Positions 1 to 12,300 of a stretch of DNA of 64,000 bases are shown in pieces. The stretch is from Eledone cirrhosa. Taxonomy: Eukaryota. Both the position numbers and the translations under genes were made by a program. Each line of letters opens with the position of its first letter. Positions within the stretch are counted from its first letter, which is position 1. Location of the stretch: positions 16,058,001 to 16,122,000 of the forward strand of contig OZ024740.1 of assembly GCA_964016885.1 (NCBI GenBank). Reading direction: 5' to 3'. The notes under the pieces were generated by a model. It saw nothing but the letters and a program-made list of their open reading frames with translations. It made no database searches and was not told where the DNA came from.

Positions 1-1322
1 AGAAACTCTCGGGAGAGCTGGACAGCAGAAGGTCTTTAGAGAAGAAACTCTCAGGAGAGCTGGACAGCAGAAGGTCTTTAGTGAAGAAACTGTCATGAGA
101 GCTGGACAGCAGAAGGTCCTCAGAGAAGAAACTCTCAGGTGAGCTAGACACCAGAAGGTCTTCAGAGAAGAAACTCTCACGAGAGCTGGATAGCAGTAGG
201 TCTTCAGAGAAGAAGCTCTCAGGAGAGCTGGACATCAGAAGGTCTTCAGAGAAGAAACTCTCAGGAGAGATAGACAGCAGAAGGTGTTCAGAGAAGAAAC
301 TCTCAGGAGAGCTGGACAGCAGAAGGTCTTCAAAGAAGAAACTCTCAGGAGTACTGGACAGCAGAAGGTCTTTAGAGAAGAAACTCTCAGGAGAGCTGGA
401 CAGCAGAAGGTCTTTAGAGAAGAAACTCTCAGGAGAACTGGACAGCAGAAGGTCTTTAGAGAAGAAACTCTCAGTAGAGCTGGACAGCAGAAGGTCTGCA
501 GAGAAGAAACTCTCGGGAGAGCTGGACAGCAGAAGGTCTTCAGAAAACAAACTGTCATGAGAGCTGGACAGCAGAAGGTCCTCAGAGAAGAAACTCTCAG
601 GTGAGCTAGACACCAGAAGGTCTTCAGAGAAGAAACTCTCACGAGAGCTGGACAGCAGAAGGTCTTCAGAGAAGAAACTCTCACGAGAGCTGGACTTCAG
701 AAGGTCTTCAGAGTAGAAACTCTCAGGATAGATAGACAGCAGAAGGTGTTCAGTGAAGAAACTCTCAGGAGAGCTGGACAGCAGAAGGTCTTCAAAGAAG
801 AAACTCTCAGGAGAGCTGGACAGCAGAAGGTCTTCAGAGAAGAAACTCTCAGGAGTACTGGACAGCAGAAGGTCTTCAGAGAAGAAACTCTCGGGAGAGC
901 TGGACAGCAGAAGGTCTTCAGAAAAGAAACTCTCAGGAGAGCTAGACAGCAGAAGGTCTTCAGAGAAGAAACTCTCCGTAGAGCTGGACAGCAGAAGGTC
1001 TTCAGAGAAGAAACTCTGAGGAGAGCCGGACAGCAGAAGGTCTTCAGAGAAGAAACTCTGAGGAGAGCTGTACAGTAGGTCTTCAGAGAAGAAACTCTCA
1101 GGAGAGCTGGACAGCAGAAGGTCTTCAGAGAAGAAACTCTGAGGAGAGCTGGACAGCAGAAGCTCTTCAGAGAAGAAACTCTCAGGAGAGCTGGACAGCA
1201 GAAGGTCTTCAGAGAAGAAACTCTCAGGAGTACTGGACAGCAGAAGGTCTTCAGAGAAGAAACTCTCAGGAGAGATAGACAGCAGAAGGTTTTCAGAGAA
1301 GAAACTCTCAGTAGAGCTAGAC

Positions 1323-4300
1323 AGCAGAAGGTCTTTAGAGAAGAAACTCTCAGGAGAGATGGATAGCAGGAGGTCTTTAGAGAAGAAACTTTCGGGAGAG
1401 CTGGACAGCAGAAGGTCTTTAGAGAAGAAACTCTAAGGAGAGCTGGACAGCAGAAGGTCTTCTGAGAAGAAACTGTCAGGAGAGCTGGACAGCAGAAGGT
1501 CTTCAGAGAAGAAACTCTCAGGAGAGCTGGACAGCAGAAGGTCTTCAGAGAAGAAACTGTCAGGAGAGCTGGACAGCAGAAGGTCTTCAGAGAAGAAACT
1601 CTCAGGAGAGCTGGACAGCAGAAGGTCTTCAGAGAAGAAACTGTCAGGAGAGCTGGACAGCAGAAGGTCTTCAGAGAAGAAACTCTCAGGAGAGCTAGAC
1701 AGCAGAATGTCTTCAGAGAAGTAACTTTCGGGAGTGCTGGATAGCAGAAGGTCTTTAGAGAAGAAACTCTCAGGAGAGCTAGACAGCAGGTCTTCAGAGA
1801 AGACACTGTCAGGAGAGCTGGACAGCAGATGGTCTTCAGAGAAGAAACTCTCAGGCGAGCTGGACAGCAGAAGGTCTTCAGAGAAGAAACTCAGGAGAGC
1901 TGGACAGCAGAAGGTCTTCAGAGAAGAAACTCTGAGGAGAACTGGACAGCAGAAGGTCTTCAGAGAAGAAACTCTCAGGAGAGCTGTACAGTAGGTCTTC
2001 AGAGAAGAAACTCTCAGGAGAGCTGGACAGCAGAAGGTCTTCAGAGAAGAAACTCTCAGGAGAGCTAGACAGTAGAAGGTCTTCAGAGGAGAAACTCTCA
2101 GGAGAGATAGATAGCAGAAGGTCTTCAGAGAAGAAACTCTCAGGAGAGCTGGACAGGAGAAGATCTTCAGAGAAGAAACTCTCAGAAGAGATAGACAGCA
2201 GAAGGTGTTCAGAGAAGAAACTCTCAGGAGAGCTGGACAGCAGAAGGTCTTCAGAGAAGAAACTCTCAGGAGAGCTGGACAGCAGAAGGTCTTCACAGAA
2301 GAAACTCTTAGGAGAGCTGGATAGCAGAGGGTCTTCAGAGATGAAACTGTCAGGAGAGCTGGACTGCAGAAGTTCTTTAGAGAAGAAACTGTCAGGAGAG
2401 CTGGACAGCAGAAGGTCTTTAGAGAAGAAACTCTCAGGAGAGCTGGACAGCAGAAGGTCTTCAGAGAAGAAACTGTCAGGAGAGCTGCACAGCAGAAGGT
2501 CTTTAGTGAAGAAACTCTCAGGAGAGCTAGACAGCAGAAGGTCTTCAGAAAACAAACTGTCATGAGAGCTGGACAGCAGAAGGTCCTCAGAGAAGAAACT
2601 CTCAGGTGAGCTAGACACCAGAAGGTCTTCAGAGAAGAAACTCTCAGGAGAGCTGGAAAGCAGAAGGTCTTCAGAGAAGAAACTCTCAGGAGAGCTGGAT
2701 AGCAGAAGGTCTTCAGAGAAGAAACTCTCAGGAGAGCTGGACAGCAGAAGGTCTTTAGAGGAGAAACTCTCAGGAGAGCTAGACAGCAGAAGGTCTTCAG
2801 AGAAGAAACTCTCCGGAGAGCTGGACAGCAGAAGGTCTTCAGAGAAGAAACTCTGAGGAGAGCTGGACAGCAGAAGGTCTTCAGAGAAGAGATTCTGAGA
2901 AGAGTTGTACAGTAGGTCTTCAGAGAGGAAACTCTCACGAGAGCTGGACAGCAGTAGGTCTTCAGAGAAAAAACTCTCAGGAGAGCTGGACAGCAGAAGG
3001 TCTTCAGAGAAGAAAGTCACAGGAGAGCTAGACAGCAGAAGGTCTTCAGAGAAGAAACTCTCAGGAGAGCTGGACAGCAGAAGGTCTTCAGAGAAGAAAC
3101 TCTCAGGAGAGCTGGACAGCAGAAGGTCTTCAGAGAAGAAACTGTCTGGAGAGCTGGACAGCAGAAGGTCTTTAGAGAAGAAACTCTCACGAGAGCTGGA
3201 CAGCAGAAGCTCTTCAGAGAAGAAGCTCTCGGGAGAGCTGGACAGCAGAAGGTCTTCAGAGAAGAAACTCTGAGGAGAGCTGGACAGCAAAAGGTCTTTA
3301 GAGAAGAAACTCCCAGGAGAGCTAGACAGCAGAAGGTCTTTAGAGAAGAAACTCTCAGGAGAGCTGGACAGCAGAAGGTCTTCAGTGAAGAAACTGTCAG
3401 GAGAGCTGGACAGCAGAAGGTCTTCAGAGAAGAAACTCTCAGGAGAGATGGACAGCAGAAGGTCTTCAGCGAAGAAACTGTCAGGAGAGCTGGACAGCAG
3501 AAGGTCTTCAGAGAAGAAACTCTCAGGAGAGCTAGACAGCAGAATGTCTTCACAGAAGTAACTTTCGGGAGTGCTGGACAGCAGAAGGTCGTTAGAGAAG
3601 AAACTCTCAGGAGAGCTAAACAGCTGAGGTTCTTCAGAGAAGACACTGTCAGGAGAGCTGGACAGCAGATGGTCTTCAGAGAAGAAACTCAGGAGAGCTG
3701 GACAGCAGAAGGTCTTCAGAGAAGAAACTCTGAGGAGAGCTGGACAGCAAAAGGTCTTCAGAGAAGAAACTCTCAGAAGAGCTGGACAGCAGAAGGTCTT
3801 CAGAGAAGAAACTGTCAGGAGAGCTAGACAGCAGAAGGTCTTCAGAGGAGAAACTCTCAGAAGAGATAGACAGCAGAAGGTGTTCAGAGAAGAAACTCTC
3901 AGGAGAGCTGGACAGCAGAAGGTCTTCAAATAAGAAACTCTCAGGAGAGCTGGACAGCAGAAGGTCTTCACAGAAGAAACTCTTAGGAGAGCTGGATAGC
4001 AGAAGGTCTTCAGAGAAGAAACTCTCGGGAGAGCTGGACAGCAGAGGGTCTTCACAGAAGAAACTGTCAGGAGAGTTGGACAGCAGAAGGTCTTCAGAGA
4101 TGAAATTGTCAGGAGAGCTGGACTGCAGAAGGTCTTTAGAGAAGAAACTGTCAGGAGAGCTGGACAGCAGAAGGTCTTTAGAGAAGAAACTCTCAGGAGA
4201 GCTGGACAGCAGAAGGTCTTCAGAGAAGAAACTGTCAGGAGAGCTAGACAGCAGAAGGTCGTCAGAGAAGATACTCTCAGGAGAGCTGGAAAGCAGAAGG

Positions 4301-7300
4301 TATTCAGAGAAGAAACTCTCAGGAGAGCTGGACAGCAGAAGATCTTCTGAGAAGAAACTCTCAGGAGAGCTGGACAGCAGAAGGTCTTTAGAGGAGAAAC
4401 TCTCAGGAGAGCTAGACAGCAGAAGGTCTTCAGAGAAGAAACTCTCCGGAGAGCTGGACAGCAGAAGGTCTTCAGAGAAGAAACTCTGAGGAGAGCTGGA
4501 CAGCAGAAGGTCTTCAGAGAAGAAACTCTGAGAAGAGTTGTACAGTAGGTCTTCAGAGAAGAAACTCTCACGAGAGCTGGACAGCAGAAGGTCTTCAGAG
4601 AAAAAACTCTCAGGAGAGCTGGACAGGAGAAGGTCTTCAGAGAAGAAACACTCAGGAGAGCTAGACAGCAGAAGGTCTTCATAGAAGAAACTCTCAGGAG
4701 AGCTGGACAGCAGAAGGTCTTCAGAGAAGAAACTCTCAGGAGAGCTGGACAGCAGAATGTCTTCAGAAAAGAAACTCTCAGGAGACCTGGACAGCAGAAG
4801 GTCTTTAGAGAAGAAACTCTCAGGAGAGCTGGCCAGCAGAAGGTCTTCAGAGAAGATACTGTCAGGGGGGCTGGACAGCAGAAGGTCTTCAGAGAAGAAA
4901 CTCTCAGGAGAGCTAGACAGCAGAAGGTCTTCAGAGATGAAACTGTCAGGAGAGCTGGACAGTAGGTCTTCAGAGAAGAAACTCTCGGGAGAGCTGGACA
5001 GCAGAAGGTCTTTAGAGAAGAAACTCTCAGGAGAGCTGGACAGTAGAAGGTCTTTAGAGAAGAAACTCTCAGGAGAGCTGGACAGCAGAAGGTCTTTAGA
5101 GAAGAAACTGTCAGGAGAGCTGGACAGCAGAAGGTCTTTAGAGAAGAAACTGTCAGGAGATCTGGACAGCAGAAGGTCTTCAGAAAACAAACTGTCATGA
5201 GAGCTGGACAGCAGAAGGTCCTCAGAGAAGAAACTCTCAGGTGAGCTAGACACCAGAAGGTCTTCAGAGAAGAAACTCTCAGGAGAGCTGGATAGCAGAA
5301 GGTCTTTAGAGAAGAAACTCTCAGGAGAGATGGATAGCAGGAGGTCTTTAGAGAAGAAACTTTCGGGAGAGCTGGACAGCAGAAGGTCTTTAGAGAAGAA
5401 ACTCTAAGGAGAGCTGGACAGCAGAAGGTCTTCTGAGAAGAAACTGTCAGGAGAGCTGGACAGCAGAAGGTCTTCAGAGAAGAAACTCTCAGGAGAGCTG
5501 GACAGCAGAAGGTCTTCAGAGAAGAAACTGTCAGGAGAGCTGGACAGCAGAAGGTCTTCAGAGAAGAAACTCTCAGGAGAGCTGGACAGCAGAAGGTCTT
5601 CAGAGAAGAAACTGTCAGGAGAGCTGGACAGCAGAAGGTCTTCAGAGAAGAAACTCTCAGGAGAGCTAGACAGCAGAATGTCTTCAGAGAAGTAACTTTC
5701 GGGAGTGCTGGATAGCAGAAGGTCTTTAGAGAAGAAACTCTCAGGAGAGCTAGACAGCAGGTCTTCAGAGAAGACACTGTCAGGAGAGCTGGACAGCAGA
5801 TGGTCTTCAGAGAAGAAACTCTCAGGCGAGCTGGACAGCAGAAGGTCTTCAGAGAAGACACTCAGGAGAGCTGGACAGCAGAAGGTCTTCAGAGAAGAAA
5901 CTCTGAGGAGAGCTGGACAGCAGAAGGTCTTCAGAGAAGAAACTCTCAGGAGAGCTGTACAGTAGGTCTTCAGAGAAGAAACTCTCAGGAGAGCTGGACA
6001 GCAGAAGGTCTTCAGAGAAGAAACTCTCAGGAGAGCTAGACAGTAGAAGGTCTTCAGAGGAGAAACTCTCAGGAGAGATAGATAGCAGAAGGTCTTCAGA
6101 GAAGAAACTCTCAGGAGAGTTGGACAGCAGAAGGTCTTCAGAGAAGAAACTCTCAGGAGAGCTGGACAGGAGAAGATCTTCAGAGAAGAAACTCTCAGAA
6201 GAGATAGACAGCAGAAGGTGTTCAGAGAAGAAACTCTCAGGAGAGCTGGACAGCAGAAGGTCTTCAGAGAAGAAACTCTCAGGAGAGCTGGACAGCAGAA
6301 GGTCTTCACAGAAGAAACTCTTAGGAGAGCTGGATAGCAGAGGGTCTTCAGAGATGAAACTGTCAGGAGAGCTGGACTGCAGAAGTTCTTTAGAGAAGAA
6401 ACTGTCAGGAGAGCTGGACAGCAGAAGGTCTTTAGAGAAGAAACTCTCAGGAGAGCTGGACAGCAGAAGGTCTTCAGAGAAGAAACTGTCAGGAGAGCTG
6501 CACAGCAGAAGGTCTTTAGTGAAGAAACTCTCAGGAGAGCTAGACAGCAGAAGGTCTTCAGAAAACAAACTGTCATGAGAGCTGGACAGCAGAAGGTCCT
6601 CAGAGAAGAAACTCTCAGGTGAGCTAGACACCAGAAGGTCTTCAGAGAAGAAACTCTCAGGAGAGCTGGAAAGCAGAAGGTCTTCAGAGAAGAAACTCTC
6701 AGGAGAGCTGGATAGCAGAAGGTCTTCAGAGAAGAAACTCTCAGGAGAGCTGGACAGCAGAAGGTCTTTAGAGGAGAAACTCTCAGGAGAGCTAGACAGC
6801 AGAAGGTCTTCAGAGAAGAAACTCTCCGGAGAGCTGGACAGCAGAAGGTCTTCAGAGAAGAAACTCTGAGGAGAGCTGGACAGCAGAAGGTCTTCAGAGA
6901 AGAGATTCTGAGAAGAGTTGTACAGTAGGTCTTCAGAGAGGAAACTCTCACGAGAGCTGGACAGCAGTAGGTCTTCAGAGAAAAAACTCTCAGGAGAGCT
7001 GGACAGCAGAAGGTCTTCAGAGAAGAAAGTCACAGGAGAGCTAGACAGCAGAAGGTCTTCAGAGAAGAAACTCTCAGGAGAGCTGGACAGCAGAAGGTCT
7101 TCAGAGAAGAAACTCTCAGGAGAGCTGGACAGCAGAAGGTCTTCAGAGAAGAAACTGTCTGGAGAGCTGGACAGCAGAAGGTCTTTAGAGAAGAAACTCT
7201 CACGAGAGCTGGACAGCAGAAGCTCTTCAGAGAAGAAGCTCTCGGGAGAGCTGGACAGCAGAAGGTCTTCAGAGAAGAAACTCTGAGGAGAGCTGGACAG

Positions 7301-9306
7301 CAAAAGGTCTTTAGAGAAGAAACTCCCAGGAGAGCTAGACAGCAGAAGGTCTTTAGAGAAGAAACTCTCAGGAGAGATGGACAGCAGAAGGTCTTCAGCG
7401 AAGAAACTGTCAGGAGAGCTGGACAGCAGAAGGTCTTCAGAGAAGAAACTCTCAGGAGAGATGGACAGCAGAAGGTCTTCAGCGAAGAAACTGTCAGGAG
7501 AGCTGGACAGCAGAAGGTCTTCAGAGAAGAAACTCTCAGGAGAGCTAGACAGCAGAATGTCTTCACAGAAGTAACTTTCGGGAGTGCTGGACAGCAGAAG
7601 GTCGTTAGAGAAGAAACTCTCAGGAGAGCTAAACAGCTGAGGTTCTTCAGAGAAGACACTGTCAGGAGAGCTGGACAGCAGATGGTCTTCAGAGAAGAAA
7701 CTCAGGAGAGCTGGACAGCAGAAGGTCTTCAGAGAAGAAACTCTGAGGAGAGCTGGACAGCAAAAGGTCTTCAGAGACGAAACTCTCAGAAGAGCTGGAC
7801 AGCAGAAGGTCTTCAGAGAAGAAACTGTCAGGAGAGCTAGACAGCAGAAGGTCTTCAGAGGAGAAACTCTCAGAAGAGATAGACAGCAGAAGGTGTTCAG
7901 AGAAGAAACTCTCAGGAGAGCTGGACAGCAGAAGGTCTTCAAATAAGAAACTCTCAGGAGAGCTGGACAGCAGAAGGTCTTCACAGAAGAAACTCTTAGG
8001 AGAGCTGGATAGCAGAAGGTCTTCAGAGAAGAAACTCTCGGGAGAGCTGGACAGCAGAGGGTCTTCACAGAAGAAACTGTCAGGAGAGTTGGACAGCAGA
8101 AGGTCTTCAGAGATGAAATTGTCAGGAGAGCTGGACTGCAGAAGGTCTTTAGAGAAGAAACTGTCAGGAGAGCTGGACAGCAGAAGGTCTTTAGAGAAGA
8201 AACTCTCAGGAGAGCTGGACAGCAGAAGGTCTTCAGAGAAGAAACTGTCAGGAGAGCTAGACAGCAGAAGGTCGTCAGAGAAGATACTCTCAGGAGAGCT
8301 GGAAAGCAGAAGGTATTCAGAGAAGAAACTCTCAGGAGAGCTGGACAGCAGAAGATCTTCTGAGAAGAAACTCTCAGGAGAGCTGGACAGCAGAAGGTCT
8401 TTAGAGGAGAAACTCTCAGGAGAGCTAGACAGCAGAAGGTCTTCAGAGAAGAAACTCTCCGGAGAGCTGGACAGCAGAAGGTCTTCAGAGAAGAAACTCT
8501 GAGGAGAGCTGGACAGCAGAAGGTCTTCAGAGAAGAAACTCTGAGAAGAGTTGTACAGTAGGTCTTCAGAGAAGAAACTCTCACGAGAGCTGGACAGCAG
8601 AAGGTCTTCAGAGAAAAAACTCTCAGGAGAGCTGGACAGGAGAAGGTCTTCAGAGAAGAAACACTCAGGAGAGCTAGACAGCAGAAGGTCTTCATAGAAG
8701 AAACTCTCAGGAGAGCTGGACAGCAGAAGGTCTTCAGAGAAGAAACTCTCAGGAGAGCTGGACAGCAGAATGTCTTCAGAAAAGAAACTCTCAGGAGACC
8801 TGGACAGCAGAAGGTCTTTAGAGAAGAAACTCTCAGGAGAGCTGGCCAGCAGAAGGTCTTCAGAGAAGATACTGTCAGGGGGGCTGGACAGCAGAAGGTC
8901 TTCAGAGAAGAAACTCTCAGGAGAGCTAGACAGCAGAAGGTCTTCAGAGATGAAACTGTCAGGAGAGCTGGACAGTAGGTCTTCAGAGAAGAAACTCTCG
9001 GGAGAGCTGGACAGCAGAAGGTCTTTAGAGAAGAAACTCTCAGGAGAGCTGGACAGTAGAAGGTCTTTAGAGAAGAAACTCTCAGGAGAGCTGGACAGCA
9101 GAAGGTCTTTAGAGAAGAAACTGTCAGGAGAGCTGGACAGCAGAAGGTCTTTAGAGAAGAAACTGTCAGGAGATCTGGACAGCAGAAGGTCTTCAGAAAA
9201 CAAACTGTCATGAGAGCTGGACAGCAGAAGGTCCTCAGAGAAGAAACTCTCAGGTGAGCTAGACACCAGAAGGTCTTCAGAGAAGAAACTCTCAGGAGAG
9301 CTGGAT
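1323..9306. repeat. Tandem segmental duplication of ~4.0 kb (copy 1 ~1323-5293, copy 2 ~5294-9306)
   Basis: The same ordered rare variants recur at offset 3971 (1361/5332 ggatagcagg; ORFs 1734/5705), then at 4013 (ORFs 2905/6918, 4076/8089, 4757/8770) after one extra monomer near 6110. Confidence 0.93.
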
Positions 9307-12300
9307 AGCAGAAGGTCTTCAGAGAAGAAGCTCTCAGGAGAGCTGGACATCAGAAGGTCTTCAGAGAAGAAACTCTCAGGAGAGATAGACAGCAGAAGGT
9401 GTTCAGAGAAGAAACTCTCAGGAGAGCTGGACAGCAGGTCTTCAAAGAAGAAACTCTCAGGAGTACTGGACAGCAGAAGGTCTTTAGAGAAGAAACTCTC
9501 AGGAGAGCTGGACAGCAGAAGGTCTTTAGAGAAGAAACTCTCAGGAGAGCTGGACAGCAGAAGGTCTTTAGAGAAGAAACTCTCAGTAGAGCTGGACAGC
9601 AGAAGGTCTGCAGAGAAGAAACTCTCGGGAGAGCTAGACAGCAGAAGGTCTTCAGAAAACAAACTGTCATGAGAGCTGGACAGTAGAAGGTCCTCAGAGA
9701 AGAACCTCTCAGGTGAGCTAGACACCAGAAGGTCTTCAGAGAAGAAACTCTCACGAGAGCTGGACAGCAGAAGGTCTTCAGAGAAGAAGCTCTCAGGAGA
9801 GCTGGACATCAGAAGGTCTTCAGAGAAGAAACTCTCAGGATAGATAGACAGCAGAAGGTGTTCAGTGAAGAAACTCTCAGGAGAGCTGGACAGCAGAAGG
9901 TCTTCAGAGAAGAAACTCTGAGGAGAGCTGGACAGCAGAAGGTCTTCAGAGAAGAAACTCTGAGGAGAGCTGGACAGCAGAAGGTCTTCAGAGAAGAAAC
10001 TCTCAGGAGAGCTAGACAGTAGAAGGTCTTCAGAGGAGAAACTCTCAGGAGAGATAGATAGCAGAAGGTCTTCAGAGAAGAAACTCTCAGGAGAGTTGGA
10101 CAGCAGAAGGTCTTCAGAGATGAAACTGTCAGGAGAGCTGGACAGTAGGTCTTCAGAGAAGAAACTCTCGGGAGAGCTGGACAGCAGAAGGTCTTTAGAG
10201 AAGAAACTCTCAGGAGAGCTGGACAGTAGAAGGTCTTTAGAGAAGAAACTCTCAGGAGAGCTGGACAGCAGAAGCTCTTCAGAGAAGAAACTGTCAGGAG
10301 AGCTGGACAGCAGAAGGTCTTTAGAGAAGAAACTCTCAGGAGAGCTGGACAGCAGAAGGTCTTCAGAGAAGAAACTCGCAGGAAAGCTAGACAGCAGAAT
10401 GTCTTCAGAGAAGAAACTCTCCGGAGAGATGGACAGCAGAAGGTCTTTAGAGAAGAAACTCTCAGGAGAGCTGGACAGTAGAAGGTCTTTAGAGAAGAAA
10501 CTCTCAGGAGAGCTGGACAGCAGAAGCTCTTCAGAGAAGAAACTGTCAGGAGAGCTGGACAGCAGAAGCTCTTCAGAGAAGAAACTGTCAGGAGAGCTGG
10601 ACAGCAGAAGGTCTTTAGAGAAGAAACTCTCAGGAGAGCTGGACAGCAGAAGGTCTTCAGAGAAGAAACTCTAGGGAGAGCTGGACAGCAGAAGGTCTTC
10701 AGAGAAGAAACTGTCAGGAGAGCCTGACAGTAGGTCTTCAGAGAAGAAACTCTCGGGAGAGCTGGACAGCAGAAGGTCTTTAGAGAAGAAACTCTCAGGA
10801 GAGCTGGACAGTAGAAGGTCTTTAGAGAAGAAACTCTCAGGAGAGCTGGACAGCAGAAGCTCTTCAGTGAAGAAACTGTCAGGAGAGCTGGACAGCAGAA
10901 GGTCTTTAGAGAAGAAACTCTCAGGAGTGCTGGACAGCAGAAGGTCTTCAGAGAAGAAACTCGCAGGAAAGCTAGACAGCAGAATGTCTTCAGAGAAGAA
11001 ACTCTCAGGAGAGATGGACAGCAGAAGGTCTTCAGAGAAGAAACTCTCAGGAGAGCTGGATAGCAGAAGGTCTTCAGAGAAGAAACTTTCGGGAGAGATG
11101 GACAGCAGAAGGTCTTTAGAGAAGAAACTCTCAGGAGAGCTAGACAGCAGAAGGTCTTCAGAGAAGAAACTCTCAGGAGAGCTGGACAGCAGAAGGTCTT
11201 TAGAGAAGAAACTCTCAGGAGAGCTGGACAGCAGAAGGTCTTCAGAGAAGAAACTGTCAGGAGAGCTGGACAGCAGAAGGTCTTCAGAGAAGAAACTCTT
11301 AGGAGAGCTGGACAGCAGAATGTCTTAAGAGAAGAAACTCTCAGGAGAGCTGGACAGCAGATGGTCTTCAGAAAAGAAACTCTCAGGTAGAGCTGGACAG
11401 CAGAAGGTCTTCAGAGAAGAAACTTTGAGGAGAGCTGTACAGTAGGTCTTCAGAGAAGAAACTCTCAGGAGAGATGGACAGCAGAAGGTCTTCAGAGAAA
11501 AAACTCTCAGGAGAGCTAGACAGCAGAAGGTCTTCAGAGGAGAAACTCTCAGGAGAGATAGACAGCAGAAGGTCTTCAGAGAAGAAACTCTCAGGAGAGC
11601 TGGATAGCAGAAGGTCTTCAGAGAAGAAACTCTTATGAGAGCTGGATAGCAGAAGGTCTTCAGAGAAGAAACTGTCAGGAGAGCTGGACAGCAGAAGCTC
11701 TTCAGAGAAGAAACTCTCAGGAGAGCTGTACAGTAGGTCTTCAGAGAAGAAACTCTCAGGAGAGCTAGACAGTAGAAGGTCTTCAGAGGAGAAACTCTCA
11801 GGAGAGATAGATAGCAGAAGGTCTTCAGAGAAGAAACTCTCAGGAGAGTTGGACAGCAGAAGGTCTTCAGAGAAGAAACTCTCAGGAGAGCTAGACAGCA
11901 GAAGGTCTTTAGAGAAGAAACTCTCAGGAGAGCTAGACAGCAGAAGGTCTTCAGAGAAGAAACTCTCAGGAGAGCTGGACAGCAGAAGGTCTTTAGAGAT
12001 GAATCTCTCAGGAGAGCTAGACAGCAGAAGGTCTTCAGAGAAGAAACTGTCAGGAGAGCTGGACAGCAGAAGGTCTTCAGAGAAGAAGCTCTCGGGAGAG
12101 CTGGACAGCAGAAGGTCTTCAGAGAAGAAACTCTCAGGAGAGCTAGACAGCAGAAGGTCTTTAGAGAAGAAACTCTCAGGAGAGCTAGACAGCAGAAGGT
12201 CTTCAGAGAAGAAACTCTCAGGAGAGCTGGACAGCAGAAGGTCTTCAGAGAAGAAACTCTCAGGAGAGCTGGATAGGAGAAGGTCTTCAGAGAAGAAACT

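Noticed and set aside
237-256. Heat-shock element (nGAAnnTTCnnGAAn)
   Set aside because: Spacing is GAA-N4-TTC-N3-GAA, not the required N2.
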